From: Leucoraja ocellata
Lineage: Eukaryota
DNA length: 64,000 nucleotides
Assembly (NCBI GenBank): GCA_036785375.1
Contig: JAWMAR010000167.1
Span: 3,348,001 to 3,412,000, forward strand
Reading direction: 5' to 3'
The notes under the pieces were generated by a model that was given only the letters and a program-made list of their open reading frames with translations, was not told the DNA's origin and made no database searches. The translations under genes were made by a program, and so were the position numbers. This document shows positions 1 to 12,706 of this stretch, piece after piece (positions within the stretch are counted from its first letter, which is position 1; every line of letters starts with the position of its first letter).

Positions 1-848
1 GAAAAAGTAATGGTCCTGTTCCTTCAATTATCTCAAAATTAGTGGTATTTAGCAGGCATGCTAATTAGTTGATAGGGTTCTGATAAATATCCATGTGAGG
101 GTTGTGATAAATATCCATGTGGACTTGTTTGAGAATGCTTTTATGTATGCAGTTTTCCCCCTGTTTTATTTTCCTAATGACGCAAGCTTCGGCCAATCTC
201 TTAAAAACAAAGTTAATTTCCAGCTTTCACCAATCACTGCCAAAAACTATTACGAGGCACTTCCTAGATTATGATGAACTGTTTCCCCTATTTGGAAACA
301 ACAGATCTGCAGACAGATATTGGCTGTTTTCCTCTCATTAGCACAGCCCTACCTGCTGGGCATGTCTGACAGCCTTGCACTGTGCACCTTTTCAGAGTTC
401 CTTTGTTTGAATTTTCACTCTATAACTAATCTCATCTCAGAGCTTTTGTTCTATGTTTTCTCTCTGTCTACCTGTTCCTTTAATTCAATGATTGGATGAC
501 TTTGCAATTTATCCCCATGGCAACCGTGGTCACCATATCAAAGACTGTCCTACCCCTTACCCCCTGTATTTTCTCCGCAATTTATAATGACCTTATTTTC
601 TCTCTTTTACTGTTCTGATAAATGGTCTTAAATCTGAAACATTGACCCTGTTTTTCTTTCCATTGATTCCTTCTGTTGAACGTCTCTAGCATTTTCTGTA
701 CAGTTGCAGTGTTTTTTTATTATCATTTAAGTTAATCTAGAATGTAGAATATTACATCAGGTGACAGGGTCTTTGGCCCTCAATGTATGTGCCAAATTAC
801 TTAATTTAATGATTCATCCAGAGTTTAGCTTTACCATCAAGGTTTTCA

Positions 849-1146
849 GGTTAGTTTAGTTTAAAGATACAGCGTGGAAACAGGCCCTTCGACCTAGCGA
901 GTCAGCGCTGACCAGCAATCCCTGCACACTAGTTCTATCCTGCACACAGGGGACAACTTATAGAATCCAATTAACTTACAAACCTAACTTGCATGTCTTT
1001 GGAATGTGGGAGGAAACCGGAGCACCCAGAGAAAGCCCATGCGGTCAAGGAGAAAGTACAATCTCCGTACAGACAGCACCCATAATTAGAATTGAACGCG
1101 GGTCTATTTTGCTGTAAGGCTGAAACTCCACCCCTGCAACACTGTC
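849..1146 (-). mobile_element. tRNA-derived V-SINE (HE1-like)
   Basis: (tttag)n tail, gaaacaggcccttc tail, tgtgggaggaaaccggag V-domain, tRNA-like head; many copies in the window. Confidence 0.85.
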
Positions 1147-1432
1147 ACAGCTTTGCAACCTTGTCAAGCAGCACTGGATTTAAAGAGGTGCATTTCCAAA
1201 CATGTATTGCTATCCTGAACAGCTGAATATAAATTTTAGTTCAGGTATATTTGAATTGTGAATCAAAGATAGAAAGCTTTTTTTAGCAGAATCTATTAAG
1301 CTTTTGTATGCATATGTTCTCAAACAAAATGGGGGGAGAAATCAGTTAAAATGGACTAAATCAATATATATATATATATATCATGGCTGAAAATGCAGCT
1401 AATTCCAGAGGTTTAAATACCAATTATTCAAC

Positions 1433-1596
1433 TTTAGTTTAGTTTAGATATACAGTATCGAAATGGGCCCTTCGACCCTCCGAGTCAACGCCGACTAGTG
1501 ATCCCCACACGCTTACACTATCCTACACACACTAGGGACAATTTATATCAAATTATACCAAACCAATTGACTGACAAACCTGTACGTCTTTGGAGT
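1433..1596 (-). mobile_element. 5'-truncated V-SINE
   Basis: Same tail and partial V-domain as the other copies. Confidence 0.8.
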
Positions 1597-1689
1597 AGAT
1601 TATCAGCATTACCTTTTTTTAATAGGAACATTCATTTGCCATTTGATTACCGTATTTCTCAGCGTCCAAGATGCTACTTTGTACTCTAA

Positions 1690-2250
1690 AATAACGCCCA
1701 AAAAATTTACATGCGTCTTGGAGGCTGAAGGTTAGGCCGAGCAACGTCCCTCTCGTAGCGACTGCTCCGCGGAACCTGTCAAGCCTTCGACCCTGGAACT
1801 GGTTGAAGTGGGAAGCGGCTGTAAAAGGACAGTGCCACTGGGGGGGAGGGGGGTAGAGTTCCTTTCCACAGCTGGCTCGGGTCAGCACGGCCTGGGCTGC
1901 ACAACGTTGGAAACTTACCTGGGCTGCCAGGGGTAAAGTTGCGAGGAGGGCAGGAGCGTTGAGAAGGAGGGGGTCGGAGAACATGCCAGCAATTCACTCA
2001 CTCACTCACCGCTGCCGCAGCGCTCCGGGCGCGGTGCCACCGCATTGTGACCGGGGAGGGAAGTAGCACGGGTGGCTGCGAGCGGCCGCCGGGACTGGAC
2101 CGCGGAACCGACCGTCACCTCAGTGCCTTCTGCCGGCCCGCCCACCATTCAGTAAGCCGCGGTGCCCTTCGGCACAGGCGCAACGGTGGAGGTGATGGGG
2201 TGCGTCTTCGACGCAGGTGCGTCTTCATTGCCGGGAAATACGGTAGGTTA
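1690..2250 (+). promoter_or_regulatory. GC/CpG-rich island, candidate internal DLG5 promoter
   Basis: Abrupt GC and CpG enrichment in AT-rich surroundings, G-rich tracts, TCAC repeats resembling Inr at about 1994-2009, strong splice donors at its 3' edge; no recognisable repeat ends. Confidence 0.65.
2195..2216 (+). CDS. DLG5: Candidate alternative first coding exon of DLG5 (MGCVFDA-G)
   Basis: ATG in strong Kozak context (gtgATGG), CAG|gtgcgt donor in phase 1, the phase needed by exon 9578. Confidence 0.45.
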
Positions 2251-2812
2251 TAGGAACTTGAAACTGGGGCATGAAGATCATAAGATCCAAGGTATACTGA
2301 AAACTAAATGGTGGATCTTGCCAACCAACAGCAAGGGATATGACCAAAACAAAATACAATCTCTGCTCTTGAAACAGCTTTTTACATCGTTTTTGATGAA
2401 TAATTGTGTGAAAGATAAATGTTGTTTATATTAGCTCTCAACATTCTATGGAGGTGCAATTAATTTAGAAATCATTATAGTACCAATAAAATAAGGAATT
2501 CTTGTATTTTATCTGCAGTTTTTGTTTAACAGTATGTCAGCCCAGCTCAGAAGTGTTGTGGTATCCTTGTGTGTACAGAACTGTTGTGGTTTCCGCTTGG
2601 CGGAAGCGGACTGCGGTGAGTTCAAGCTCCACCGCAGAACTTCCTGAGGTTAACACCAGCACTACCGCAAGAATCTCTGGGCAGATGCTATCTGAATAGA
2701 TAACATATGATACATAGCATATAACACCTTTGCAGATACGATATGATGAAGTTGAAGAAATATAAAACCTATTTATTCAGCATTTATGGAATAGTAAGTT
2801 TCTAATATGTCA

Positions 2813-2995
2813 GGCAGCACAGTGTCCTGCAGGTCGTGCAGCTGTCTCATAGCTCCACTAACCTGGATGCGATCCTGCCCATCAGTGCTGAGTCTATAGT
2901 GTTTGTATTTTATACCCAGGACCACATGGATTTCGCCCTTGGCCCGAAAGGTGTGCAGTTATTTGTTAGTTTAATAGATTATTGGAAATTACCCT
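2813..2995 (+). mobile_element. Degenerate V-SINE
   Basis: Diverged tRNA-like head and gttagtttaat...aaattaccc segment. Confidence 0.5.
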
Positions 2996-4284
2996 CAATG
3001 ATAAATGAAAGACAGAATTTAGAACTCATCAAAGTAAAGTGGCTGCAGGGGAAATTGTGGACATCGGAGGCTGCAGATGCTTGAATCTAAAGCAGAAAAT
3101 GAACCTGCTGGAATTCTGTGGGTTGAACAGCATTTGTAGAGGGAACATATGGTCACCCATGCCAAAGAAAATAATGAATTTAATGTCATTTCTTTAAAAA
3201 GAAGCCAACGGCACCTAATTTAAATGGCGTTATTTGCTCATGAGTGGTTGTAAATGATGGGGTTTGCACTAAATTGAGCTATTCCTAGTCATTGCTTCAA
3301 ATTTGGCTCAGACTCAGTTTGACATGATATTGTATTAAAACATTTTTTTTTTATGTGTACGTTGTAGCTGTGTTGTGTTCTTCCTGCTGCCGCAGAGTCT
3401 ATAAAAAAGCAGATTATAAGTCGATTTGTATAGCCACAAGCACAGATAAAGAGTTTGCAGCACTGGGCATGTTGCACAGTATTTGGGCTAGTCAAAGCTG
3501 AATTTCTCTGCATTAAAACAAAAAAATAATATTTTTGTTCTTTATTATTCTGCTTTGAGGGGGAATGTAAGGATTAGTAGAGTGTGCATTTAATCATATA
3601 ATTTCCAGTTATTGAATTTGGAGTTTGACTCTTGTCTGATTTATACATAGGTGCAGAAGTAGAATCACCATGAGATAAAATCTTTGCCTAGTCACTTTTG
3701 TTAACAAAGCTGAATGTAGGAATACATGAAAGATCCCATGCTTTATTGATGAATGATATCCAGGTGTTGACAAGAACGACTTCCATTTCTGTTAAATCTT
3801 CCACACTCTGTCAGAATTCCCCAGAGCAATTCACAGCCAATAAAGAACTGTAGACACTGCTGCAATGCAAAGAGTTATGTAGCCAATTTCAACACACACC
3901 CTCCCATAATAGCAGTGGAGTGATAATCATAAGTAAATATTTATAAGGACATTGGGAATAATTTCCATGAACATTGAAGGAATATTACTGTGAGATCTTT
4001 TGCATTAAATTAAGAGAGTAGGCATGCCCTAAAGACAATATTTCTGATACTCCAATGCAGTATGTCTTCATGGAAGTGTCAGCCAGTGTTTTAAGCTTGA
4101 ATTAATAAGCTTGAGTCACTGAGCCACTACTGAGTTGTTGAAATTCAAATTGCTTTTTTATTACGATTACAATTTTGGTTCAATGGGTCATTGGAGCCTT
4201 TCATGTCAGAAAAAAATCACAATGATATTTATTCCATCTTCACTGTCCTTGGTCCTGGTTCTAACTCTTCTTTGGTAGAATTAT

Positions 4285-4730
4285 TATTTTTTATTTCATA
4301 CGAATAGACTTTATTCATAAAAATATGCATTTGAAATACAAAACAGTGCATGGTTTTCTTTACATTCATAGTGTCATCCAGTCCATGTATTCATAATGTT
4401 GCCCAGCCAGTATATTCTTAATGTCATCCGCTTAATACATTTATTTAATACATCCGATGTACAAAGCACTAATACTGCCCGTAGCCTCTTATCAACAATA
4501 TAGACTGAGTTTGTGGAGCTGCTGCACAAGACCCAGTCCTTGGGTGAGTAGTAATTACCAGTGTCTTCAGTTGCAATTCTTCCCCACAAATCCATGACAT
4601 TGGCTGCACTAAACATCGCAGCCTCGCCTTGCAAGGATGTATTCTTGCAGTTGTAATGTGCCAGGCGGCAATATTCACTTTCAGACATCTTGTACTGGAA
4701 AATCAGCATGATTTGAAAAGATCATCTCAC
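4285..4730 (-). mobile_element. Tx1/L1-clade LINE 3' remnant
   Basis: Minus-strand peptide YCRLAHY...FSAANVMDLWG resembling a Tx1 ORF2 C-terminus, followed by AATAAA and an A-rich end. Confidence 0.55.
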
Positions 4731-6952
4731 CAAGTTTTATGATTTCACAGCAACACCTTTGTCAATATGCATCCCGGGTAACATATCATAGATTGCAGTG
4801 TTGCCCGTGATGCAGCTGCTAGTACGAACCGTGACAATGATCGTTTTGCAGTCCTTGATCTGGTGGTTTTCCCGCTTGTAGTTTTTGTAGATGATTGCAT
4901 TGCACTGGGCCGCATGTGCCTAGGTTTGTTGCACTGTTTCAATATTCGCAAGGATGCTTATAATTGCTGTGGGTATTGAGGAGGAAGAAATCATGAGCTA
5001 AGTAGATAGCCAAAAAGAAGTACGGTAAATCATAGTTAGAGTTTAGTTTAGTTATATTAATGAAACAACTTTTTGATACATCCCCATTTATTTAGCTCTT
5101 GCACGATACCCTGAACCAATATTGCAACATCATTCATTGTTTTGTAACTAATTATCTAGAGCTTTTGTGACATTTATTATTTTTCAAGTCATTACCAATT
5201 CTTACACGTTAAATCTTGTAATGAGTCCTGTTCCAACAAATTTCAAACTCCTCCTTTGGTGCCTTATGTCTCGGATTATTTTAAATCATTTGATTAAACT
5301 ATCATTGACAATCGGACTAAAGTAGTTCAATAGTTTAATTTTGTTTGGTTTCATCATATATTGGTTAGAAGTTTTCAGTCACATATTTGTTTGATTCTGT
5401 TACAGGAAGAAGCATGAATAGCACTACTGTTGTATTAAGAAATTCAAAAGTTGCAAGCTGAATCATTCTCGACCAAGCAGAATGTGGTAAAAGAAACATG
5501 GCTGAGGATTGTGTTGGTGAGTACCCTCGTACCAGTTGTTTTGAATATTAATTTTGGCTACAGTAAATTTAAAACATAGAGATTCAAACGTATAAACAAT
5601 CTGTAGTTAATGAAAAATGGCATTTCCATCTTCTGTCAGTATATTTAAATACAAGCAATTTCATTTTTGATTTCAATCCATATTCACTATTCATATCTTT
5701 TTCCCAGAAGGTGGCTAACTTTGGCAATACTGTATTAAAATGAAATCTGCTGAAAATAATTAAACAGCAAATGTGGGGAAGGAAACAATTTACAATTGCA
5801 ACATGCACTGCTTGATATAGAGAAGAGAAAGCTCTTATTTTTCGGCGCCAGGTCTTGTGACAATATTTCATAAACAAAAATTGATATTTGATGAGTTTTT
5901 TGCATCAGGCAAAAAAAGCATTTTTGCATTGTCTATCTTGGCATTAGTGAAATTAATTAAATGTGTAAAATAAGATTTATAACAGGTTAACGATTGCTTT
6001 AAGATTTGTGTTTCTTGTGTTGGGGTAAACAGAATATTTGGAAGATTAGCAGTTTGTTTTTCAGACAGGAGAAATTAGTAAATCTAGTGGAGCTTTCAGT
6101 CTGCTGCAATAAAGAACCAAGTTTGTATATTTACTGTTAATGGTGTGCTATATAGAATTTTAGCTGGCCCATAGCTTTTGATGTATCTGGTGCTCTCAGC
6201 TGTTTCTTGACACTACAAGGTGTGGATTGATTTGGCTGAAGGCAGGCTTCCGAGAACGTAGGGAGCTTGGAAGAAAGCTTTGATGGATCATCTATTCGGC
6301 AGTTCTGACTGTACATGGTTGCAAATGCTTCAGTCTTTTATTTACCAATCAAATGTTGGTTACTTTGTTCATTAAGGATAGGGATGATCTTCAAGCCTTC
6401 ATCTCCCAATAGTTGATTAATTGAATGGTTGGCCCCACCATTCCTATCTACATGCGATAGGGCTGCCAGACCACAAAGTTACAAATAGTGTATGTCATTG
6501 CCAGCTTAATTTGCTAAGGCAGTATCTGTCATTACTGTCAGCTTAAATATCCTAGAACCAAGTGTGGGAAATGTCAACTAGGTACCTCATGATCCCTGCC
6601 CTTAACTTCTCATTTACCTATCCACACACACAGTCATTTAGAAAATGAATTTGTTTGCTCACCTACGTGTGTTGGCCCTGGCTGCAAATAACCTTTTAAA
6701 TAGGATTCAAAGTATATTAAGATGGTCTATGTTGATTTTAAAAGATGATCTATGTTGATTTTAAAAAGTAAGCTTTAAGTTTTGATGGGAAAATGAGCTA
6801 ATTTTATTAAACTAAGCAGCTTGAATACTTCCTGCACCATGACTTTCCATTATGGCATGTTTTCAGTTATCATAATTACACACATGGGCCTGAATGCTCC
6901 AGGGTGTTTAAGATGTTGTGTTACCATTCCTACTTCACTAGCTTAAACTTCT

Positions 6953-7241
6953 GGTTAGTTTAGAGATGTAGCCCGCCGAATCCACGCTGACCACAGATCA
7001 CCCGTTCATAGTAATTCTGTTATCCCACTTTCTTATCCTCTCCCTACATGCTTGGGGCAATTTACACAGGCCAATTAACCAACAAAACCACACATTTTGC
7101 AATGTGGGAGAAAATCTGATCTTCCAGAGGAAATGCCTGCGACCTCACGCAGAATTTGCAAACTAAACACAACTCAATGTCAGAATTGAACCCAGGTCTC
7201 TGTCACTGTGAAGCAACAGCTCTACCTGCTTGCCCACTGCG
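6953..7241 (-). mobile_element. V-SINE (diverged)
   Basis: Tail, V-domain and tRNA-like head similar to the other copies. Confidence 0.8.
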
Positions 7242-8077
7242 CATTGTTATCATATATAAATCTTCAAAATAAACTTGGTGCTTTTCAAGGAGTGTATTTA
7301 AAGGATTTCCTTAGTATATTGTTGGATGCTGTGTTTATTTGCTTAACGTACTTGATACCTGTTTAGTTTAGTGAAACTAAAAAGTTATCAAACATGTTAA
7401 GCAAATAAACATAGCATCCAAGGAAATCCTATCCATACAATACAAAGCATAGAGATTTAAAACAATATTTAAATGACTGCTGCTGTACATGAGATCAATG
7501 TTGTATACAATGGGCCACTGACTGTCAAATTTATAATTAAGCAAGTATTGGAATCTACTAATATTCAATTATATTTTCTTGTTAATCTTGCGCTGCTTAT
7601 ATCTTTCTTCCTTTAAGACTATTAGATCCCATAAAATATCATGTAAAATAGAAATAAAATGATAGACGCATATCCAGTCAGACACATTGATACAAATATA
7701 AAAGATAAGTATAACAAAGTGTTGGCGTCAGAATTAAAATAAAATCAGCTTTAATTTCTTGTGCTCAGCCATTGCCACTGTTATCCAAATTACCCACAAA
7801 CTGGTTTGCAGTCAAAAATAACCATTCTTCACGATCCAGGTTTCTCTTTATATAAACAATGGAGTTCAAATTCTTCTGATGGTAGCACATATGTTAACAT
7901 ATCACTAGATGAGACTGAATCCTTTAAAGCAAATCTTAAATATTGTTGCGGTTATTTAAGTATTTACTTATCGTCCTTGGGGAGTGTGTGAAAATGCCTT
8001 TTGGTAAAGCGCATATGATGTTTTGTACATTATTTTCATGTTTATTTGTGCTGATACATACTTAGTCTGATTAGAAT

Positions 8078-8105
8078 ATTATTATTATTATTATTATTAT
8101 TATTG
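8078..8105. repeat. (TAT)n microsatellite
   Basis: About 9 attatt-type triplets in tandem. Confidence 0.9.
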
Positions 8106-9029
8106 TTACTTCAGGTTGGCTGATATTAGTCTTATTTCTTCAGTATTCTAAAATTCAGCTAATTTAGTCCAGATTTTCAAATCCCTCAACCATTGTCAAT
8201 CCAAATGCTATTCACCAGTCATACTGTGACTGGTTTGCCTCCACTATCCTTCCAAGTTATATTCCATAGCTTCATTATCCTCTGGGTGAAAATATATCTC
8301 TATAATCCAATAAAGTTGCTGTTAGGAAAGACAGTTGGCTGATGAGTTTCAAATATAGATAAATTACGCGGTTGTGCTAATTGAAGCTTTGTTTTTCCAC
8401 CTAAACAAAGAACAAATGAAGTTGAAGTGAGTGTACTTTTCCATGTTGCATCATTGTATTAATGCAGATCTCTCCAGGTATTTGTCTTTGGCCAAGTGTC
8501 CCTGTCATTTGGTTAACTACCTAAAAAATAACGAGCATTTCATGTGCTTTGCCGCTTAAAACAAGACATGCTCTGGAGAGTTCAAGACTTGCTCAGGAGA
8601 GTCCAGGACGTGCTCAGGAGGTTTTACTGTCTGATTTATTTATTTTTGTTTAGATTAAATGTTATTTCCTTAGGAAGCTAAATTGTTGAATCGAATGCTG
8701 TGTGATTTATTCTTGGGAAGCGGTGTTTCAGTGTGCAAGGTTAAAATACTTTGTCAAGTTTCTGGACAATGTGATTAAAAAGTAGCACTGCAGTAGAATG
8801 TTGCATCTGCAAGTGTTCTGTTTCGTAAGCTTCAGCAGCTTTTGTATTTACAGTGTTGGATCACATGACTTACAGGAGTAGTATTTGTGTACACTGCCTT
8901 CTGACAGTTCTTGGCTACGCAGACACATGGGAAAGAACCATCACTGAGTTTCAGTGTGGCATATCCATGTGATGTCTTCACTGTTTAGGCGCATCATTTT
9001 CAACGATGAAATGTGAAAGGACTTTCTAA

Positions 9030-9100
9030 GACTGAAGCGCAGGGGACTACGACCCCCTCTCCCTACCATCCTACTAGCCAATGTACAATCACTGGAAAAA
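9030..9100 (+). mobile_element. Rex1/Babar-like LINE fragment (start of endonuclease region)
   Basis: Reads LKRRGLRPPLPTILLANVQSLE, typical of this ORF region. Confidence 0.55.
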
Positions 9101-9340
9101 TCCTTTCTACTTGACCATCTCAAAATTAACTGTATCTTTATAAACCTCTTTATTTTCTTCTTCTTACCGAGTCCACACACAAGATTAGTTGTTGTTCAAC
9201 TGGAGCTGAACCCACTTCTCGGCATCTGCATACATTGGTGTCTGTCTTGCGCTTCTTCTGCGTGGTGGTGGAAAGATTGGTGAAAACAGGGCCGCGACGT
9301 GAACGCTCTTTCCTTGACCCCAACCTTTTTATTGAAGAGG

Positions 9341-9527
9341 AGGAATGGGTGTCGTTTTGGAACGAGACCTTTCTTCAGACTGAAGTTTGTGCTGAGGCAT
9401 ACGTGCTCAGGGTCTCGACCCATAACGTCACCCATCTCTTTATAGATGCTGCCTGTCCCGTTGAATTACTCCAGCATTTTGTGTCCACCTTTGATTTAAA
9501 CCAGCATCTGCAGTTCTTTCCTACACA
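9341..9527 (+). mobile_element. Short Penelope-like insertion with inverted 5' part
   Basis: 13-bp TSD tttattgaagagg at 9328-9340 and 9528-9540; family end cagcatctgcagttctttcctacac. Confidence 0.8.
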
Positions 9528-9577
9528 TTTATTGAAGAGGTGTTATGTAAATCTTTTGCTTAAAATATATGTTTCAG

Positions 9578-9646
9578 GATCTACCTATAGTGTGCTGTCA
9601 ACAATGCCTTCGGACTCAGAAAGTAGCAGCTCCCTCAGCAGTGTCG
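9578..9646 (+). CDS. DLG5: DLG5 coding exon (equivalent of human exon 2), (G)STYSVLSTMPSDSESSSSLSSV
   Basis: tttcag acceptor, G|gtaagt donor, 69 nt, phase 1-1; peptide matches vertebrate DLG5 just after the CARD (recalled). Confidence 0.95.
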
Positions 9647-10538
9647 GTAAGTTCTCAATTTTCATTCTGATCTCGGGTCCCATTCATTAAGTTGTTGCTT
9701 CTTTGACATGCAAAAATTATAAAATGAAAACGGTATGTGTAGATCCATCAAATCATATCACTGTAATCTCATGCCCAATAATGTAGCTCCCCAGAGAACC
9801 AAACCAACCAAAATAACCTTCCAGCTTTAAACCGACTACAGGTTTGACTGTATGGCAAAGCAAATTCTTTGTATGTTGCTAAACATACTTGGCTAATAAA
9901 GTATGATTATGATTAGGAAACCATGGTTGTTATGATATATCTCAATCTAAACTATCCAGTCACATTATCCCTACATTTATGGATATCCCCTTCTCCATAG
10001 CCCTTTGCTGCAATTGCTCTATATTTAGGAAGCTCATTCAGAAGGGCTATAGTTTAATCAAAAATATACGTCCTGATGCGTGCAACTGTCTCCATATATG
10101 GATTATTCTAGGTATGTTCTTATAAACCATTCTAATTTGTCACCCAAAGAACGACTAAAGGCCTTGGCAAAGATGCAAACGTGAATTACTCAAAGGAAAT
10201 TAGGGATAAGAGATTTCAGACATAACTTGGATTCAATTTAGATAGTAAAGACCAAATACATTTCATGGACTTACATAAAGTGTTTCCAGTGGCAGATGGG
10301 AATTTAAGGGAATTGACAAAAGATAGGAGATGAAAAATGGGTTAGGATTGACAATGCCCTGAGTGGGTGGTGCAGTTTGATTTTGTGAATAGCTTTCAAA
10401 AGGGAAATGGATAATTGTTGGGAGGAAAAATTGCAAGGTTATGAAATGGTGTGATTAAAGATGAAACATGGAGCTGAGTGGCTTCCTCTGGTGCTGTGAG
10501 TTTATGAACTGCATTGTTAGGTTTTAAAAATCTCAGTA

Positions 10539-10740
10539 CAGGTGCACAACCTTTTATCCGAAAGCCTTGGGACCAGACACTTTTCGTAATTCAGAATTTT
10601 TCGGTTTTCGGAATGGAAGATTTTTAGCGTAGATTTTAACGGCTGGCTCAGTGGTAGAGTGCTCGGCTCGTATCCGTAAGGTCGCGAGTTTGCGCCTCGA
10701 TCCCGGCAGTTACTCGATCGCGAGTTTGAGTCTTCAATGC
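10539..10740 (+). mobile_element. Partial DNA-transposon-like element containing a tRNA-like segment
   Basis: TA|CAGGTG start, CpG-rich, ggctcagtggtagagt A-box/D-arm-like sequence at about 10645-10660; no second TIR seen. Confidence 0.45.
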
Positions 10741-12466
10741 ACTTCGGCCTAATTCAACAGTATAGGTCTAGCCCAAAGAGTTTTTGACATCTTTTAGGTA
10801 GCGTATTTTAAAGGATGTCATTCAAGGCTGTAAAGCTGGGGCAAAATAGATTTGTTTATGTTGAACGGCTAAATTTATACTTTAAAATAATGTAGATTCA
10901 GTGTTGGTGACCATGAATTTAATGGACGATTGCAGTAACTCATCTTGTGTATAAAAAAGCTTCAGGAAAGAAATCTGCATCCCTGCCTTCTCTGATCTAT
11001 ATGCAACTCCAGACGTGCCAATGTCATTGACTCGTATCTGGCCTCTTAGTTTAGCATATATGGACAGACAATAACCGCAACATTCACATCCCATGAAGGA
11101 ATAAAGGCATATACCTGTAACTCATTAGGACAAGCAGAAAGGCAGATGTAATAAAGCTGTTCAGAATTAATCCTTTTATCAAATGTTTTAGTGAGTTTAT
11201 ATTATTGGGTTTGTAACCAGAAGACACTGAGTCTTGAGAATGACCAGAAATGAGTCGTTCGGAGAACATGTCTTCAACCCAAGGGATCATGTTTGGTTCC
11301 AACTGCTCTGAGCTATAAAGTTGCAATTTTGTTTTGTGGGAGATGAATGTACCATAATGAGCTTGCCACCGAAATTTTAAGATCATAAGCTGAAAATTAA
11401 CCAAGTCAATGTTTTCGTATTCAATACCCTGTCACTTTGCAATTTTCTCTTGTGGATTAGAATGATTTTCAAAGCAGCTTAACAATATGTACCTCTATAT
11501 TTCATTTTGTACACTTTGACGCTGGAAAACAGTAAAAAATGTTTTCATTTTCTATGGTGACTTAGGTTTCTAATGAACTTAAAACATTAACTTGTAACCA
11601 AGGTTGATTTATGAGGATATTTTATTCAAACAAATGCTTGTGATTGAAGGAGACGGTTGAACTGATTTAGAAATAGTGCAGGCAATATGCAAATCAAGTG
11701 GAAAATCTGCACAGGTTTTATAGGCCGTCAAATGTTTATGTTGTAAATTGATTTATTGAGATGTGAAGAGTTAATGTTAAATTATTTAACGGTACCTATT
11801 TGGTTTTTTCACTTTTTAAAAATCTTTGAAACTGACAAATCCTTTGTAAAGTATTCAGGGATTAACATGCGATAGGACAACTGTATTGTAAGGCTTCTGC
11901 TTTTAACATTAATAAACTTTACAACACTGTGATAGTCTATTTTAATATCTTATTTCCACAAATGCAAATACAAAAAATCTGTATGCATAGAGATGCTAGT
12001 AAATTGTGAAATAAAAAGGATAGCTTTACTTTGCATTTAAATAGTTCTGATATTTCTGCAGTGCCATATCATGTCTCACACTGTAAGTAAATAAAACTTT
12101 GCGTGCAGAAACTGTTGCTCTGGCAACTATGGGATCCCTTTTGTGCCAACAAGTTCCCAGAAACAGCAATAAGATTAATCACCAATTAATTTGTTGTCTG
12201 AGAAGGGTTGCTCACATTGATTATATGCTGAAGTCTTGACATTGGGATTCAGCTCCAAGCCATGCAGCAAAGATTTTAAAATATTTTTTTCTCAGCATCA
12301 CCAAATTGATAATAATTCAATTAAAATTCAAACCCTTGTTAGTTCAAAATATATGAACAATTTGTTTTTCTTTTTCAAAAGTGCTTAGATTGTAAAGTGT
12401 TAATTACTAAAAGATTAAACGTGATTTATTTACTTAGAAAGTATTGTCCAGACTGATCATGCTTTA

Positions 12467-12562
12467 CTGAAGAAGGATCTCGACCCAAAACGTCACCTAT
12501 TCCTTTTCTCCTGAGATGCTGCCTGTGGCGCTGAGCTACTCCAGCTTTTTTTTTGTCTCTCT
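12467..12562 (+). mobile_element. Penelope-like fragment with decayed hammerhead-like core
   Basis: ctgaagaaggatctcgacccaaaacgtcacc followed by the family body. Confidence 0.75.
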
Positions 12563-12706
12563 ATGATTTTCTTTTACTTGGTTTAGATAATTTATTTATC
12601 TCATCAATATCCAACATTTAAAATTCCACCTGATAGACAACTTAGTAATCTTGATGAGCAACAATTGTACATCTATTTATTCCACATATTCCATATTTCC
12701 TTACCA

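Noticed and set aside
9235-9690. 151-aa ORF as a longer exon
   Set aside because: Its upstream part runs through a TSD-flanked repeat; only 9578-9646 has splice signals and DLG5 similarity
10641-10707. Functional tRNA gene
   Set aside because: T-loop lacks GTTCRA and the acceptor stem does not close; treated as tRNA-like only
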